Source of the DNA: Camelus dromedarius
Taxonomy: Eukaryota
Direction: 5' to 3'
DNA length: 64,000 nt
Assembly: GCF_036321535.1 (NCBI RefSeq)
Contig: NC_087436.1
Span: 114,392,001 to 114,456,000, forward strand
Position 1 is the stretch's first letter. The number at the start of each line of letters is the position of its first letter. Below are positions 1 through 13,234 of the stretch, piece by piece. The translations under genes and the position numbers were made by a program. The notes beneath the pieces are model-generated. The model was not told the origin of the DNA. It did not search any database and saw only the letters and a list, made by a program, of their open reading frames with translations.

Positions 1-379
1 TTTAATTCAACTATATATCATAGGTAACTTCCCGTTCTATAGCATGTTTATTTGCACCACTTTTAAACAGTGGCGTTGTACGTATTCCATTGTATGAATG
101 CACCGTAATCCATAAACAAGCTGGAAACTTCTTTGTTACTGTACCTGTGCACACGTTCTTATTCCCAGTTACGTGGCATTTTCCTGAGAGTGTTACTGCC
201 ATAATGAGGGCAAAACACAACAACTGCAAAAAGACCAAAGACTGTCTTGGAAAGTAGACATGTTGAACCAGTTTACAAATGAGACTTTCCTTGTGAGCTC
301 ACTTGTCTCTTCAGCCAGGTTACGAGGTCTTTCAGACTGTTGCTTCCACTTGCTGCATCGTGTTGTGAGCTCCCTGGGC

Positions 380-840
380 GCAGCTGCGATGCTTTCCTTG
401 CCTCCCCAATGCCAGCGCCCGTGCTAGGGTCCAACACACAGCATATACCTCAATAAATAATCGTCAGAATGAACTAAACTAAACCCTTCATATCATCTTG
501 TGGCCGCAGTTCAGACATCACCTGCTTTTTCCATGAACACACAGCTCGTGTTTCCCGCTGAAGCATTTTAATCATGTCCTCTGGCATTTACCACAATAGA
601 TTTGCTGTGTCTGCATTTCTCTCTATATATGCTTACTCCCAGCACCTAGCAGAGTCTGGTATAAAATAATCGAATGAGCAGCCAGAGATTGGTTTTTGGT
701 TTTTGGTTTTATTTTTTTTGTTGTTTTTGTTTTTTTTTTTTTGCAGCTAGCATAAAGTCATATACAATGTTGATACTTTATGAATGCTTGCTGAACTGAA
801 TTGAATTGAAGAATTGAATTGAATTGAGCTGAACTGGTGC
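380..840 (+). repeat. Cluster of L2 3'-end relics plus a T-rich simple repeat (691-742)
   Basis: cagcacctagcagagtctgg, caataaataatcgtcagaatgaa and a (gaatt)n tail at 795-835 resemble L2 termini. Confidence 0.55.
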
Positions 841-2589
841 TAGGATTTTCAACAGCAGAACTGAATAAATTTTTCTTTATCTGTAGTTTGAACCTTAATG
901 ATCTTACTAAAGTCCAATGATGGATGAGCACAGTATGAACTTGTTCCCCATTTCTCACCTCTCAAAACTGAATCTGCTGACTCTTTTCATGCCCCGTTGA
1001 TTTTTTTCCTTCTTAGAAAGAGTAAGGTCAGACATGGTTTACTTGTAGTGATCGCATCGATCTTCATTCTAGAGACACAATTGGATCTTCCCCTTGCAGG
1101 AGATTGTCATTGACTTTTACTTTGGGGAGACACATACTGACTGTGGGATGCTTTGGGGAAAGTCAAGGCTGAGCATTCAAACGTGAGCAGCCCAGTGAGC
1201 TGAAATTTTTACCCAGTAGAGCTGACCCCCACCATCTCATTAGGTGAGCCCTTTCATGTCACTTCCAAAAACAGTTTTATATGAACAGGGTTTTGTACAG
1301 TAGGCAAAGAAATATTAAATTATTTAAACTTTCAAATCAAATAAAAGCTGTGTCCTTTTCAAGCTCACTATTATTATTAGAAGTCATGTAGGGCCTCCTT
1401 GGCAGCATACAGATTCCTCAACTTCTGCCGTCAGAGGACAGAAAAAAAGTAAGGATCAGACCCAGAACACAAGCATAGGGGAAAAGGAGCTCAGAGTCGG
1501 TTGAATTCTCAGCCCTGGCAAGTCTGCTCTGCTTTGGTCTGAGGTCTGATTAGAAAGGAGTGGAGCTCCAAACTGTAGGATGGAAATCTCGGTGTCAATG
1601 CCCTCAGAAATCTTCAGTTTTCAGATTCTCCTGGCCCTGTGGACTTGGAGACATGGCCCATCCCTCCACGTTAAAGCCTGTTTCTCCTCCCCTTGCTCCG
1701 ATATGATGCAGAAGTCTCTCCCTTGCAAAATAAGTTGGCCCCTCCCTTAATCCTAGGTCTGTCTCTGTCTCCCTACCCAGCCACCAGACCAATAACTGGG
1801 GTCAAATCACAGTATCACCCAGCCAAGGAAGTGCTTGGCCTGCAAAGGGAGGAAACGGGCTGTCCTCCGAAGGAGTTGCAGAGCGTGGCCAGCATGTGCC
1901 AGCAGTTTCTGGGTGAATTTGTGCAGGACTAGATCAGAGGGTGCTGGATCAGGGCAGGTGTGGGTGAAACAGAAAGGCAGGTAAAGGAGAATTTATTGAT
2001 ATGGGAGCCTACTCTGCAATATTGGGTTTTGCCAGGATTAAGACAAATCCCAGGACCTAGGGTAGATCCTCAACTTCATATATAAGCATTTGTAACCGAG
2101 AATGAAGTGAAAGTTATTGTAGCTTTTCAGAGTGTTGATTAAATAACAGATATTCACACCTAAAATAAGACTATGCCACCTGTTAAAAGGAAGACCAAGT
2201 GGCTACGTGGTAGGAAAGCCAATTATGGACCAAGAAATCAACCAAGAGAAAATTTAAGCCATTCCATGACCACAGAGTGCTCAAAGGGGACAAAAATTGT
2301 AAAGAAGCAATATGACACTTACACTTTTGTAAGTCAAATTCAGATTGGAGCAGGCAGTAACTATATGGAGGCAGCAAAAATTCCTGGAGGAGTTTCATAG
2401 GTGAAAGAAAATTTTCTTTATATGTTATTTAAAAGAACTCAATTTAATGACTAGGGAGCTTTCATTGTTTTTTGGCTTTTTTGTTTTGTTTTGCTTTTGC
2501 TTTCAACCTTAACCGAGTATGTATATTTGTAACTTTGATAAAAAAAAGTTTAAAACAATTAATTGGTTAATTAATTAATTAGGCTATTG

Positions 2590-2900
2590 GATAAATATAG
2601 AAATAAAGATGGTGAAATGGAGCAAGGTGAACAGATTCTTCGGACCCAGGAATTCTTCTTCTGGAAACATAATGTACAGATACATCTCACAGGTGTCCAT
2701 GCCCATGTGTGCACAGATGTATGTGGAAGGGTGTTTACGGTAGCAGTGGTTGCCGGCCAAGGAAGAAGAGAGTAAAGCAACTAAATTGCGGGGCTGATTG
2801 AAGTGTGCCCCATCATGACAGCAGAATACCAGCCAGCTAGCCATTTAAAAAAGTAAGCTAGAACATCATGCTGACAGCTCCAAAATAGTTTTAAATGGGG
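2590..2900 (+). mobile_element. Highly decayed L1 ORF2 fragment
   Basis: gctagccatttaaaaaagtaagctaga...aaaatagttttaaatgg resembles the L1 ORF2 consensus. Confidence 0.4.
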
Positions 2901-3949
2901 GGAAAAAAGTGCAAAACCATTCTGTCTCAAGTTTGTTTCAAGTTATTTGTACATCTTTTTGTACGAAATCCCTCAGGACGTTTCTGGATGAATACAAAAT
3001 AAATGACGGCGTGGACCTCTTCTTCACTGGAGAGTGGGCGTGCTGGAGACTGCACTTCCCAAATGTGAAAACGTAACTTTTAGAATTTCTGTACCATTTG
3101 CACTGTTTAAATGTTTCATCCTGCTCATTTATTAAATTATTTTTAAATAACAGAAAAATTATGTTTTAGGGAAAAAAGGAGAACCAAGAAACCCAAACTC
3201 ATTTGAAATGGTAAAATAGGATTCTACATAGCATTGGGAAGAAATTCTCATGGCTGAGCAAGGCGAGCAAGGCTGAGAAAATTGGTTCTGAAATTCAAAT
3301 TCCTCACAAGGAATGAAGGAACCATCAGTCGCTAGCCTTGACAGATAAACATCATCTACAAGGAGCATTGATTTTCAGCCTGATCACAGGATGAAACAAG
3401 AGAGTGTTGGCCTTATTCCCACGACACTGAAGTGTCTGATAGAAACAAACGCACCCAGGTCAAGACCTAGTTACTCTGTCCTCATGACATGCTGTCTCAA
3501 TCTGGAGACACAATATAGACTACTGACTGATTTTTAAATTTCCATGTGGGCATCTAGAATGGGGGAAAAAGAGAGACACTGGTCATTATTAAGAATTCCA
3601 GTGGATGACACTTAGGAGAGAACGGCATCCTCTTTCGAGCTCTTGACAGTAGCATAAAATGGTATTCAGAAAAGGTTAATATTCCCCAAAACCAACTGAA
3701 TTTACTTGTGCCATGTTTATGCTTAAATCCCCGAACAAGATCAGTATAATGTAGTGGAAATGCATGCCAACAAATTTGAGGTCAGAAAAGCTGGGTTGAA
3801 GCCTCAGGTGTAATAATAATGTTATGTCACAAACGTTAGACCTTGATTCTTTAATAAAAGAGGACTATACAGTTTCATAGGTAACCGAGGTATTAATTAG
3901 AAAGCAAAGGAGTCCAATATTCACGTCCACTTACAGAATGAGACATCAC

Positions 3950-4014
3950 AGACGCACACGTATGTGCACACACATGCACACACACGTGCGCGTGCACACA
4001 CACACATACATACA
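3950..4014. repeat. Imperfect (CA)n/(RY)n microsatellite
   Basis: cacacgtatgtgcacacacatgcacacacacgtgcgcgtgcacacacacacatacatacac. Confidence 0.9.
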
Positions 4015-5764
4015 CTTTCAACAAATTTTCAGAATGTTTTTAAATTCCACAAAACCTATTCATAGACTCTGGGTGAGAATCTCTGTCATCTATTCTTTCT
4101 TATGAAAGACAAAATGTCAGTGTTTGATCAAAACAACATATTAACCCCTCTCCCTCCATGTAGCAAAGATACATTTTATAAACTCTTATTTCTTTCCCCC
4201 AAAAGATTGATAGCCACCTCATTTTAGATACCCACGTAACGGCTAGCGGTAATGGCAACTTCTATTTTTGAGGGATTACCCAGCACCTATCAGACGTCTG
4301 CACACAGACTCCCAAGAATCCTAACCACATAACTAGTAATATTTTAATCTGTGGCTTCTCTTTTGAATCAGCTGCTAAAGAAAGGAACTCCTGAAGAAGC
4401 CGCCTCCAGGAATGTAAAAGGAAGGCATGTATTCATTTAAATATCCATGTTACGGGATACTTGTTCTTCTACGCATCTTTTACTCAGCGTTTCTGTCAGC
4501 CACAGGGCCACTACTAATGAATATGTTTCTTATTATTTTCTCTTGCATTTCTTTCAGTTGAAATTCATCTATCGCATTCACATTGCCTTTTCACATGTCA
4601 GACTTGATCTTTTTCCCTGTTATTTATGTCCAATTTCAATTTCAAAGAAAAAAATATTTTATGATGTCTCTTCTGATCTTTAACATATCCTAGTGTCACA
4701 TTTTTCTTCATGCCATGCCATACCATCTTCTTCCAGTGCTCTCTCCCCACTTCACCCTGTATACACTCTGCTATCTATCAAACTCCTGTGCAATTAAAAT
4801 AAAGTTTCCTCCACTCAGTGAAAAAAAATCCCATGAGGACCGCTCTTTTTGGACTCCTACACACAACAAAAATTGCTTCCCTCCTTTTTCCATTTAGTGG
4901 TGGAAATTACTTCGACAAATCACAAAGGATGCTCTTGGACAGAGAGAGAGAGAGATCAAGAGTTTGTTTTGCTTCATGCGTGCTAAAGGCAGCAATGGAA
5001 TTTGAACTGTCATCACTGCCCTCGGGCTACTGGTCTACCTTGGGATGGTAAGGGTGAAATAGTCTGCTCTTCCTTCCTGGGGGCCATTCAGCCCCAGCAT
5101 ACCCACTCTCACCCCTTTCTCCATGAAGAAGGGGATAAAGGCTAAGTATATAACCCATGTCTATTTATTCTATTTATCAAGAGTAGGAGAGAGACTGAGA
5201 AGCTTCCCTGGGAGGCTCCCACACTCTGGCTCACAGGGAAAGGTACATACTTACCTTTCATCTGCTCTTCCATGAGGGAAAAAGCTTTTGCTGCCTGAGC
5301 ACTCTTCCTTCCAGTTTTCTTCTGCATATGAGAAAGGGACACAGTATCTAAATTGCTTATGGTCTACTGCATCCGAAAGCACCCAACAACACTCACATCC
5401 GGGACATTCACTTTTGGGTAACTGTCTCTGACCCTAACATAGCTGCATGTTATAGCCAGATAAGGTCCATGAAGCCCCAGCGCCACACATCACTGCATCC
5501 CCATCACTGTGCCACACTTCTGACCCATCCTTCAGAACTCAGCTCAAGCGTCCCCTCCTCTCAGAAGCATTTCCTCAGACATCCTGTCCCCCAGCTGGGT
5601 CTGGTGCTCTGCTTCTGGGCTTTCCCTTTGTGCTCTCTTTGCAACCTTTTCACACCGTGGGTACAACCCTTATCAAACTATCTGGCAGTCTTGTCTGTTT
5701 CCCTCAACAGACTATGAGCTTGGCTCTGAATCCCAGTGAAGAAAGTAGATCAATTTAACTGAAT

Positions 5765-5990
5765 AGTCACTATGCGCCAGGTGTGAAGCAAAATACTCCA
5801 TACTTCGTAAAGATTAGCGCATCGATTTCTCCCACCAAACACATTACTGCCCCATATTTTACAGATAAGAAAACTCTCATTGGGAAAATGTAAGTAACTT
5901 GCACAAGGTCACACAACTAGAGTTAGCACTGAAGCCCAAGCAGCCCAGGGGCTGACCCACATTTTTAACAACTATACTACATCACCTCCC
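5765..5990 (-). mobile_element. MIR SINE
   Basis: cccatattttacagataagaaaact...aagtaacttgcacaaggtcacacaactag is the reverse MIR core. Confidence 0.8.
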
Positions 5991-6210
5991 TTTAAGACAT
6001 GGAGTTCGAAAAGATGAACAGCAGTCCACGGGGTGGGCGATGGGGGGTGGGCAATGGAGAGTGGGTGTCTAAGTGCAGTAACCTAAGATGTAAAGGCTCA
6101 GAATAGAAAGTAATGCAGTGCTTATGAAAGAGTAGTGGCCAGTGATTCAGAGAACTAGGTGAGAACAAAATCTTGAAAAATGTGTTTTTCCAAAATAAGG
6201 GATTTAAATG

Positions 6211-6727
6211 GAGAAAGACAAATATCATATATCACCTACATGTGCAATCTAAATTAAAAAAAAAAAGACACAAATGAACTTACTTACAAAACAACAGATT
6301 CAGAGACATAGAAAATAAACTTGTGGTTACCAAAGGGGAAAGGGAGGGGAGGGATAAATTAGGAATCTGAGGTTAGCAGGTACAAACTACTATATACAAG
6401 ATAGATAACAACGTGTCTAACTTTAGAGCACAGGGAACTATGTCCAATAGCCTGTAATAATCTTTAATGAAAAAGAATATGAAAACGAATATATGTGTGT
6501 ATATGCATGACTGGGACACTGTGCTGTACACCAGAAATTGGCACATTGTAACTGACTGTAGTTCAACAAAAAAAAATTTTTAAGAGAAAGAACATGAAAG
6601 GGAATATATGTATGTATATATATATATGTATATATGTATGTGTGTGTGTATAACTGAATCACTATGCTGTATGTCAGAAATTAACACAACATTGTAAATC
6701 AATTTTACTTTAATAATAAAAAAAATT
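6211..6727 (+). mobile_element. L1 3' fragment with two successive 3' ends
   Basis: End of ORF2 and 3'UTR (gagaaagacaaatatcat...agcacagggaactat...). First A-tail at ~6568, then a second 3'UTR end with tail at ~6720. Degenerate TSD aaaataagggatttaaa / aaattaaaggatttaga. Confidence 0.88.
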
Positions 6728-6749
6728 AGTGAAAAATTAAAGGATTTAG

Positions 6750-7120
6750 ACCTTGGACTTCATCCTTTAGCCAGCTGGGAGTCACTAAGGGTTTTAAGTA
6801 GAAGTGGGACAAGATTATACTTGTATTTTAGAGAGAAACTTTTGTTGGCAGGGTGGATGATTTAAGAGAGTAGAATTAAATGCTTGTGCTGGGCAATAGA
6901 ACAATGACTGTTATGTGTCAGGCATTGTACCAGGTCCTGGAGCGGGAGGTACGAGGTGGGGGATAGTAGAAGGACAAAGATCCCTGACCTCAAGACATCT
7001 GCAGAGTGGCAATGGAAGGAGACACGCACAGTGACAAAGACAAATCATGGCTATACATTCAGTGAGGCACTAGTTAAAAGAGGAACAAAGTACTGAGCGC
7101 ATACAAAGATGAGAAAGGTT
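6750..7120 (-). mobile_element. L2 fragments
   Basis: gagtcactaagggttttaagtag and tatgtgtcaggcattgtaccaggtcctgg...ccctgacctcaag resemble reverse L2. Confidence 0.55.
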
Positions 7121-10100
7121 AGGCTATGTCACCTGTTCGTGCATTTCCTTCCCGTGTTCTGCCAATATCCTACAAGAAGGCAAAAGGTGGAGAGAGGAGC
7201 TGGGCACCATGACGGAAAGAATTCTGAGGGTGGATAAGATGTGGGAGACACGTGGCCCCACTCCTCCATCCACGCCCGCGGAAGACTTGGTAAAGGAATC
7301 AGGGCTCTCTTTCTCTGGTGTGTAGGGGTGAGCTCAGGCCCCTTCTTAAAGCCTCAGAGGCACCCATGTCCAGTGGATCAGGCTGGCTTCCAAGTTAAAA
7401 CTACTTGCCCCTCCAAAGGGCTAGAGCTTCTAGGTGGTGTGAAAGGTCATAGTAAGGGGGGGCTACATTACAAGGAGAAAGAAGTCGGGCTTCCCTTCTT
7501 CGGTTTATCCTGGTGTTACCATACGTGGCCACAAACTAGAAAGTAGGTGAAAAATGCTGTTTCAGTCAGGAGTTAGAAAGACAAACATCCTTCCTCTCTC
7601 CCAGGCAGGCCAGCCAGGCAGATGTCCATATATAACTCTGTGGTCACAGACGGTGACCTTCCTCTCTGAACAGAGCCCAGGGCTTGCAGCTGATAAAGCT
7701 GCACTGTCACCTGAGGGTGACTGTGTTCGAGAAAAGACAGGAAAATGGATTAAAGAGTGCTCAAATAAAGCCGCTTTCAAAGTCATGTTCTCCCGCATGT
7801 GACTTCTGAGGTCTAATACACAGAGTGTGCTGAGATGAGAAAAGACTTCCCCAGCCTCCTGCCTCCTCTAGGAACCTCCAGGAAGGTCCCTGCACTGTGA
7901 CTGGACAGAGAAGAAGCAGCTCTACTGTTAAGCCTTCCAGGAGATGCCTATGTAATCCTTCCAGCCACCGGGAACTTCCCCATTTAACAGATGAAAAGAA
8001 CAAGGGGCAGGTTAGTTTGGAAACTTTCCCATAGATGCCCAGCTCTGCGACAAGACCAGGATATGAACTCAGGTCTGTCCACCCCAGAGATGCTCTAGCC
8101 ACCCTGAGCTCCTCCCACGGCTGCAGATATTGAGGGTTCTGTCCAGGAGGCCTGTCAGGAACACCGGGCCTGCCGACCTTCTGTTACTCCCATCTCAGGC
8201 AGTAGAAATGAGGTCAGCAGGAAAACTTCCCACAGTTGGCCATTTTGTGAGAGAAAGAAGAGGGAACATCCAGACTTAGCCCTTGGGAGCAGGCAGAGAA
8301 GGCCAAGGTGTCCTTTATCAATAATCCCAGCTGGCTTTACCCCCAGAAAACCCACATTCTGGTTTGTTGTGATTCTGGCCTGCTGAGTCTAACACTGGCT
8401 TTTTTCTTTTAACATCACGGGCACAAATAACACTTTGTGGCAGAACTGAAGTCAGCCAATATAATCCTATTTGGTTAATGCCCTTATCTAAGTGGACGGG
8501 GTTAGCGCGGCCTGCAGAAAAGACCGATGAGAGGCCTGCCAGTGTCGGGGAGGTCCGCCATGTGTTTCCTTCACAATCGTGTTTAGCAGGAAGAAAGTGA
8601 AACTTTAAAAACAGAGATTTCCTTATTTGCCTTAATCATCCTTCCCTCCTGTCAAAAACAGACTTTGGTCCAGGTGAAGGATGGCCTCAGTTGGAAAAGC
8701 AAGAGAAACAACAGTTCATTCTACAGTTCTGAGTTATAATGGGCCAAGGTCTGATGATTTAAGTATGATTTAAAGAGTTTCTCCCCTATGTTTTTCTCCC
8801 AAGGTAACTTTACAGCTGATACTTACCTTATATGTTAATCCCAGACTCTTTACCACCCCTACCCGTTTTCCCCAGGAGCACTGGACTCCAGTCTCAGCCA
8901 GGCAAAAGGATGAAGAGAAGTGGGCGGATCTGAGAGCTCTGCAGAGAAAGATTTCAGGACGTGGTAATTGATGAGCTGTTAGAAGGAAGAGGGAGGAATC
9001 TGGGATGACTCCCCGGCTGCTCCGCAGAGAGTCTCATCTTCTCATTAGCATATCAGGAGCAAGCAGTAGCTCCTCCGCATGGGAAATTGGCCTCAAAAAA
9101 ATGCCATTTCCTCCTGATGATCCAGAGGCTTAAAACCACACACACCTTCACATAATTAACTGAAAGAAGAGTCATAGGAATGTGGTTTTGTGGCAGAAAA
9201 ATATATAGACAGACTCCAGATTTGCAGCTGGAGGACTCAACAAAAGCTAGCCAGTTGTGTTTTCAGGTCATTTCAACCCCAGCTATTTCTTAGTTAGAAA
9301 GAGTTGTGCTTGCAGATTAGCACTTGGTCTGGTCACTTCTTGCTTTGCTGTGCTCATGTCTTTGCAAGTTTGAGACTCTTCAAGAATTCCGTACCATGTA
9401 CACCTCCCTACCCCTCCCAAAGGTATCCTCTCTATACATGCTTTTCTCTTGTTTGTAAAAGCGTGCGCCAAAGCACAGTTCAAAATTTGTGCAAAAAAAT
9501 GCATTACTGTTTTTTTTAACTTTGGCTGTTATAAAACGGTTAACAAATGCTTAATGAGTATCTACAATATGAAGGCATAGTGCAAGGGAGATACATAGAT
9601 ATATTATATATAATCAGTGCCTCAGATAGACAGATGTAGTCAGATATACAGATATATATAATCAATGCTTCTTTTACATCAGTGCTTCTCAAATTTTCCA
9701 GCTGTAGAGGTGCCCACAATAGCACACAAAAGTGGCTGTGTTCAGCTGGGCGCTCTAAAGGTAACCTGAAGTGAATACCACAAGAGAAAATCTTTCCAAA
9801 TCTGTTATTTTAGATTATGCATTCACAGAAATTTTACATTATACTCCTAAACATATGTTTGCTTTTCCATTACAATGAAAGAAGCAGATGGTCCGTGCTT
9901 GTTCTGTAGTTTTACGAAACTCCTGTCACATCCCCATGTGCCCAAACGCAGACATGTCCCATTGGAAGGAATGCGGACTTCGCGTTCCTGCCTTAAAGAC
10001 TGTAGCCCTGCCACACCCTTGGCCCGATTCAGGAAGGGGGCTCTGCCTGCTCACATTGAGGACAGCCTTTTCCCCAAGTTCTCCATCCTGACCCACCTTA

Positions 10101-10409
10101 CTTGCAGCTTGCCAACCTAACCACAGTTTAAGCCATTTTTGTTCCCTTTCTCTTCACCTTATGTTGATCCTTGGCACTGTTTTCTGGCTTTGACCTTTAG
10201 CTTGCCCCTTCCTCTTCGTTTGAAAATCTTCCTCCATTGTTTTGATGCACCTTGTTCTCTCCCAGGACCGGTCTCTACCTTTGCCCAAACCATCGGTGTG
10301 ATATGCCCTTATCAGCTTCTCTCAGGATCAGGAGTCAGGCCCCTGCAAAAAATGTGACTACATCTTACAAAGTGTTAAGAAGACCAACCTTGGCTCAATT
10401 CATATCCGA

Positions 10410-10830
10410 TGCATTAGTTTCTTAGGGAAGTCATAACAGGCAGCTTATAAAAACAGAATTTTATTCTGTCATAGCTTTGGAGACCAGAAGTCTGAAATGA
10501 AGGTGTCAGTGGTCTCCAGACTCTAAGGGAGAGTCCTTCCTTCCCCCTTCTGGCTTCCGGTGGCCGTCAGGAAGCTGTGGCGTGCCTTGGCTTATAGCTA
10601 CATGACCCCAATCTCTGCCCCCTTCTTCACATGTGTTCTCCCCGTGGGTCTGTCTGTGTCTCTGTTTTCTCTCCTTACAAGGAAACCTGCCATTGTACTG
10701 GAGCGCACACAAACCTGAAATGACCTCATGCTAACTTATTGCATCTACAAAGACCCTATTTCCAAACAAGGCCGTGTTCTAAGGGTGCAGGTAGATACGA
10801 ATCTGGGGGAGGGGAAAGCTATTGGTTCCA
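10410..10830 (-). mobile_element. MaLR solo LTR (MLT1B/C-like)
   Basis: tgcattagtttcttaggg...ggagaccagaagtctgaaatgaaggtgtc...gcatctacaaagaccctatttccaaacaagg. Confidence 0.88.
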
Positions 10831-11259
10831 TTTCCCCGACCAGCCTTGATTCTTTTCTTTGTAGTGTCAGGAAGGGGACGAATAATGGGCTTCGTGATGT
10901 GTATTAGAATTAAGTTTCTTTAAATAGTTTGCTGGCTCCATGACGTTCTTCAGTTCTGGTGCCCTCTCTAAGACACCTTCTAGTCACTAGACAGTGTGTA
11001 AGCTTTGGGGTACCTGAGGCGATCACCACAATTTGTGAGGTTCTAGGAATGATGCTGCATCTCATCTTGCATTTGTTTTAGAAATATGGACTATGTCACG
11101 CATACCCCCAGCTCCTAGGAGTAAATCACTTCCCACACCCTTCTGATTACTTTGCTTGCCTTAACTAGACCCAAAGCACTCCATCGGATCGATGGTTGAT
11201 GCTTATTTCTCTCACAGCAAGTGTCCACTAGCTGCTTCTGAATTAAATACATAAAACAA

Positions 11260-11870
11260 TACTAATAACAATAATATATTTAACATTCACTAAGAGTTTA
11301 CTGTGTTCTAGGCCAACACTGTTCAACAGAAATAGAAAGTAAACCATACACGTTAGTTTTAAACATTGTGGTAGCTACATTTTAAAGAAGTAAAAAAAGA
11401 AACAGTTAAACCTAATTTCAATAATATGTTTTACTTAACCCAATATATCTAAAATATCTAAGATTATCATTTCAATCTAACATATCCAAAATATTATAAT
11501 TTCAATATTTTTAAATTCTTGATGACACATTTTACATTCTCTTATTTTTTATTCTAGGTCTTTAAAATTGAGTGTGTATTTTCTATCCACAAAATATCTC
11601 CATTTGGACTAGCCAGATTAATCACACATGGCTAGTGACTACCATATTGGACAGTGAAGTTCTAAGCATATGATATATCCACTACAAATATTATTTATTT
11701 AAATGTTATGACAACCTGCAAGAAGATAGATATCTGTTCCCATTTTTCAGATGGAGAAACTAAGGCTGACAGAGGTTACAAAATTTACCCAAGGAAACAG
11801 AACTAACAATTGGCACAACTAGGATTCACATGTTTACGCTGGGGTCCTACACTCTTAACTGTTGCACCGC
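11260..11870 (-). mobile_element. MIR split by the MER33 insertion
   Basis: MIR tail at 11260-11310; core cccatttttcagatggagaaactaaggc at 11738-11767. Confidence 0.75.
11314..11659. mobile_element. MER33-like hAT-Charlie MITE nested in a MIR
   Basis: Termini caacactgttcaa / ttggacagtgaag; 8-bp TSD ttctaggc (11306-11313) / ttctaagc (11660-11667); internal aacccaatatatctaaaatat and ggactagcca...ggctagtgactaccatattggacag. Confidence 0.88.
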
Positions 11871-11995
11871 ACTGCCACCCAACCTGGACAGATGGATGAG
11901 TGGATGAATATAGTTATTTTGAGGTTAATTCTTTGGATTCTTGGTTCTTTGCTTTCGTTTTCCCTGGGTACTCCCCTCCAACAGGCAAGTACATG

Positions 11996-12050
11996 CACGT
12001 ACAAACACAGACACACACACAGACACACACACACCTACACATACACTCAT
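11996..12050. repeat. Imperfect (CA)n microsatellite
   Basis: acacagacacacacacagacacacacacacacctacacatacac. Confidence 0.9.
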
Positions 12051-12057
12051 ATGCTGG

Positions 12058-12378
12058 ACCAATATTTTTCAACCATCCTCAAATTAGTCACCACCTGTAT
12101 CAGAATCACCTGGACTCAGATCCCCAGGATCCATCCCTATATGCTTCTCATCCAGTAGGTTAAGGAGAACTCATGAACCTCTGCTATTCGTCTCCCAGAT
12201 TAATGATTTAGATGTCCATTAAAACAGTGTTCACAACCTTGGCTAATATTAGAATCACCTGGAGCTTTAAAAATACCATCCTTGGGCTCCATTCACAAAC
12301 ATACTGATTTAACTAGTTTGGGATAGGACCTGAGCATCCATATTTTAAAATGAACAGCTGGGGTTGAAAATTCTGCGT
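12058..12378. mobile_element. Two MER5-type hAT MITE relics
   Basis: agaatcacctgg twice; cagtgttcacaaccttggctaatattagaatcacctggagctttaaaaatacc. Confidence 0.7.
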
Positions 12379-12450
12379 TGGAGTTTGAGATCCACTCACT
12401 CTCATCATGCTCCTATGTCCCTGGCCAGCCTGGATAATTATGCATAACAC

Positions 12451-13025
12451 TGTTTAGAAGAATCCAGAGAAATGAATGCAAAACTGCTGTGCTTCCAGGT
12501 GTCCAGGTGGTCAATTAGGACAATGCGCCAAACTGGAAGTAACAAGCGAGGCTTTATTCACTCACTGCAACAATGCGAGCAAGATGTGAAAAAGAAAGGC
12601 TGGCTCTCCACTGCTCCATATTTTCCCACAGAATGGCACCAGGCGAGGGTCAGGTGGACTCAGCACAGGTGGAAGGGATGCTCTGAATAAAAGGCTTCTA
12701 CCTCCTTATGGACCTGTGGGCCAGAGAGATAGAGGGGGGACTAGAGACAGGTACTGAGTCAAAGTAGAGAAAGGTACCCCTGCAAAGGCCCCCAGTAAAG
12801 AGGCCTCTGAATGGAAGTACGTGCCTAGGAATGCAGATATGCTGCTCCAGGGGGTTCTGATCCTCGGCTGCATCTCTCCCCAGAAAATAGCAATGCAAGT
12901 CTGGTGTAAGGAGGGCAGCCTCCCCCTTCCAGGAGGCCTGCTGGATAAAGCCTGGTGATTGCCTTTGGTCAGGCCTAGAAGATCACGTGTAGGATCCTGG
13001 CCTGGAGCCGGACTCTTCAAAAACA
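12451..13025 (-). mobile_element. ERVL-type solo LTR (MER73/MER74-like)
   Basis: TG...CA ends with ~15-bp imperfect inverted termini tgtttagaagaatcc / ggactcttcaaaaaca; minus-strand AATAAA (tttatt ~12553). No TSD recognised. Confidence 0.7.
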
Positions 13026-13234
13026 TCTGTCATTCTTAGAGCTACGTTGGACATCGTGAGTCAATGTGTATGCCCTGAATTCTCTATGCAAATCTGTTCT
13101 GCAAAGAAAGCCAGCTCCTGGCCATCATGAGTTAGGCCAAACTACTCGTGCATCTTGGCTGCTTTCCATAGGGACCCCTTCACTACATGCTCCCTGAGAC
13201 ACCCAGGACTCTTGGCTCCTTCAGCCATTCCAAG

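Noticed and set aside
2556..2582. (TAAT)n palindromic run as a homeodomain array
   Set aside because: Low-complexity AT slippage next to an L1 relic; no supporting context.
9589..9690. Short direct repeats agata...tataatca(g/a)tgc
   Set aside because: Local low-complexity duplication beside a probable hAT terminus; no evidence of function.
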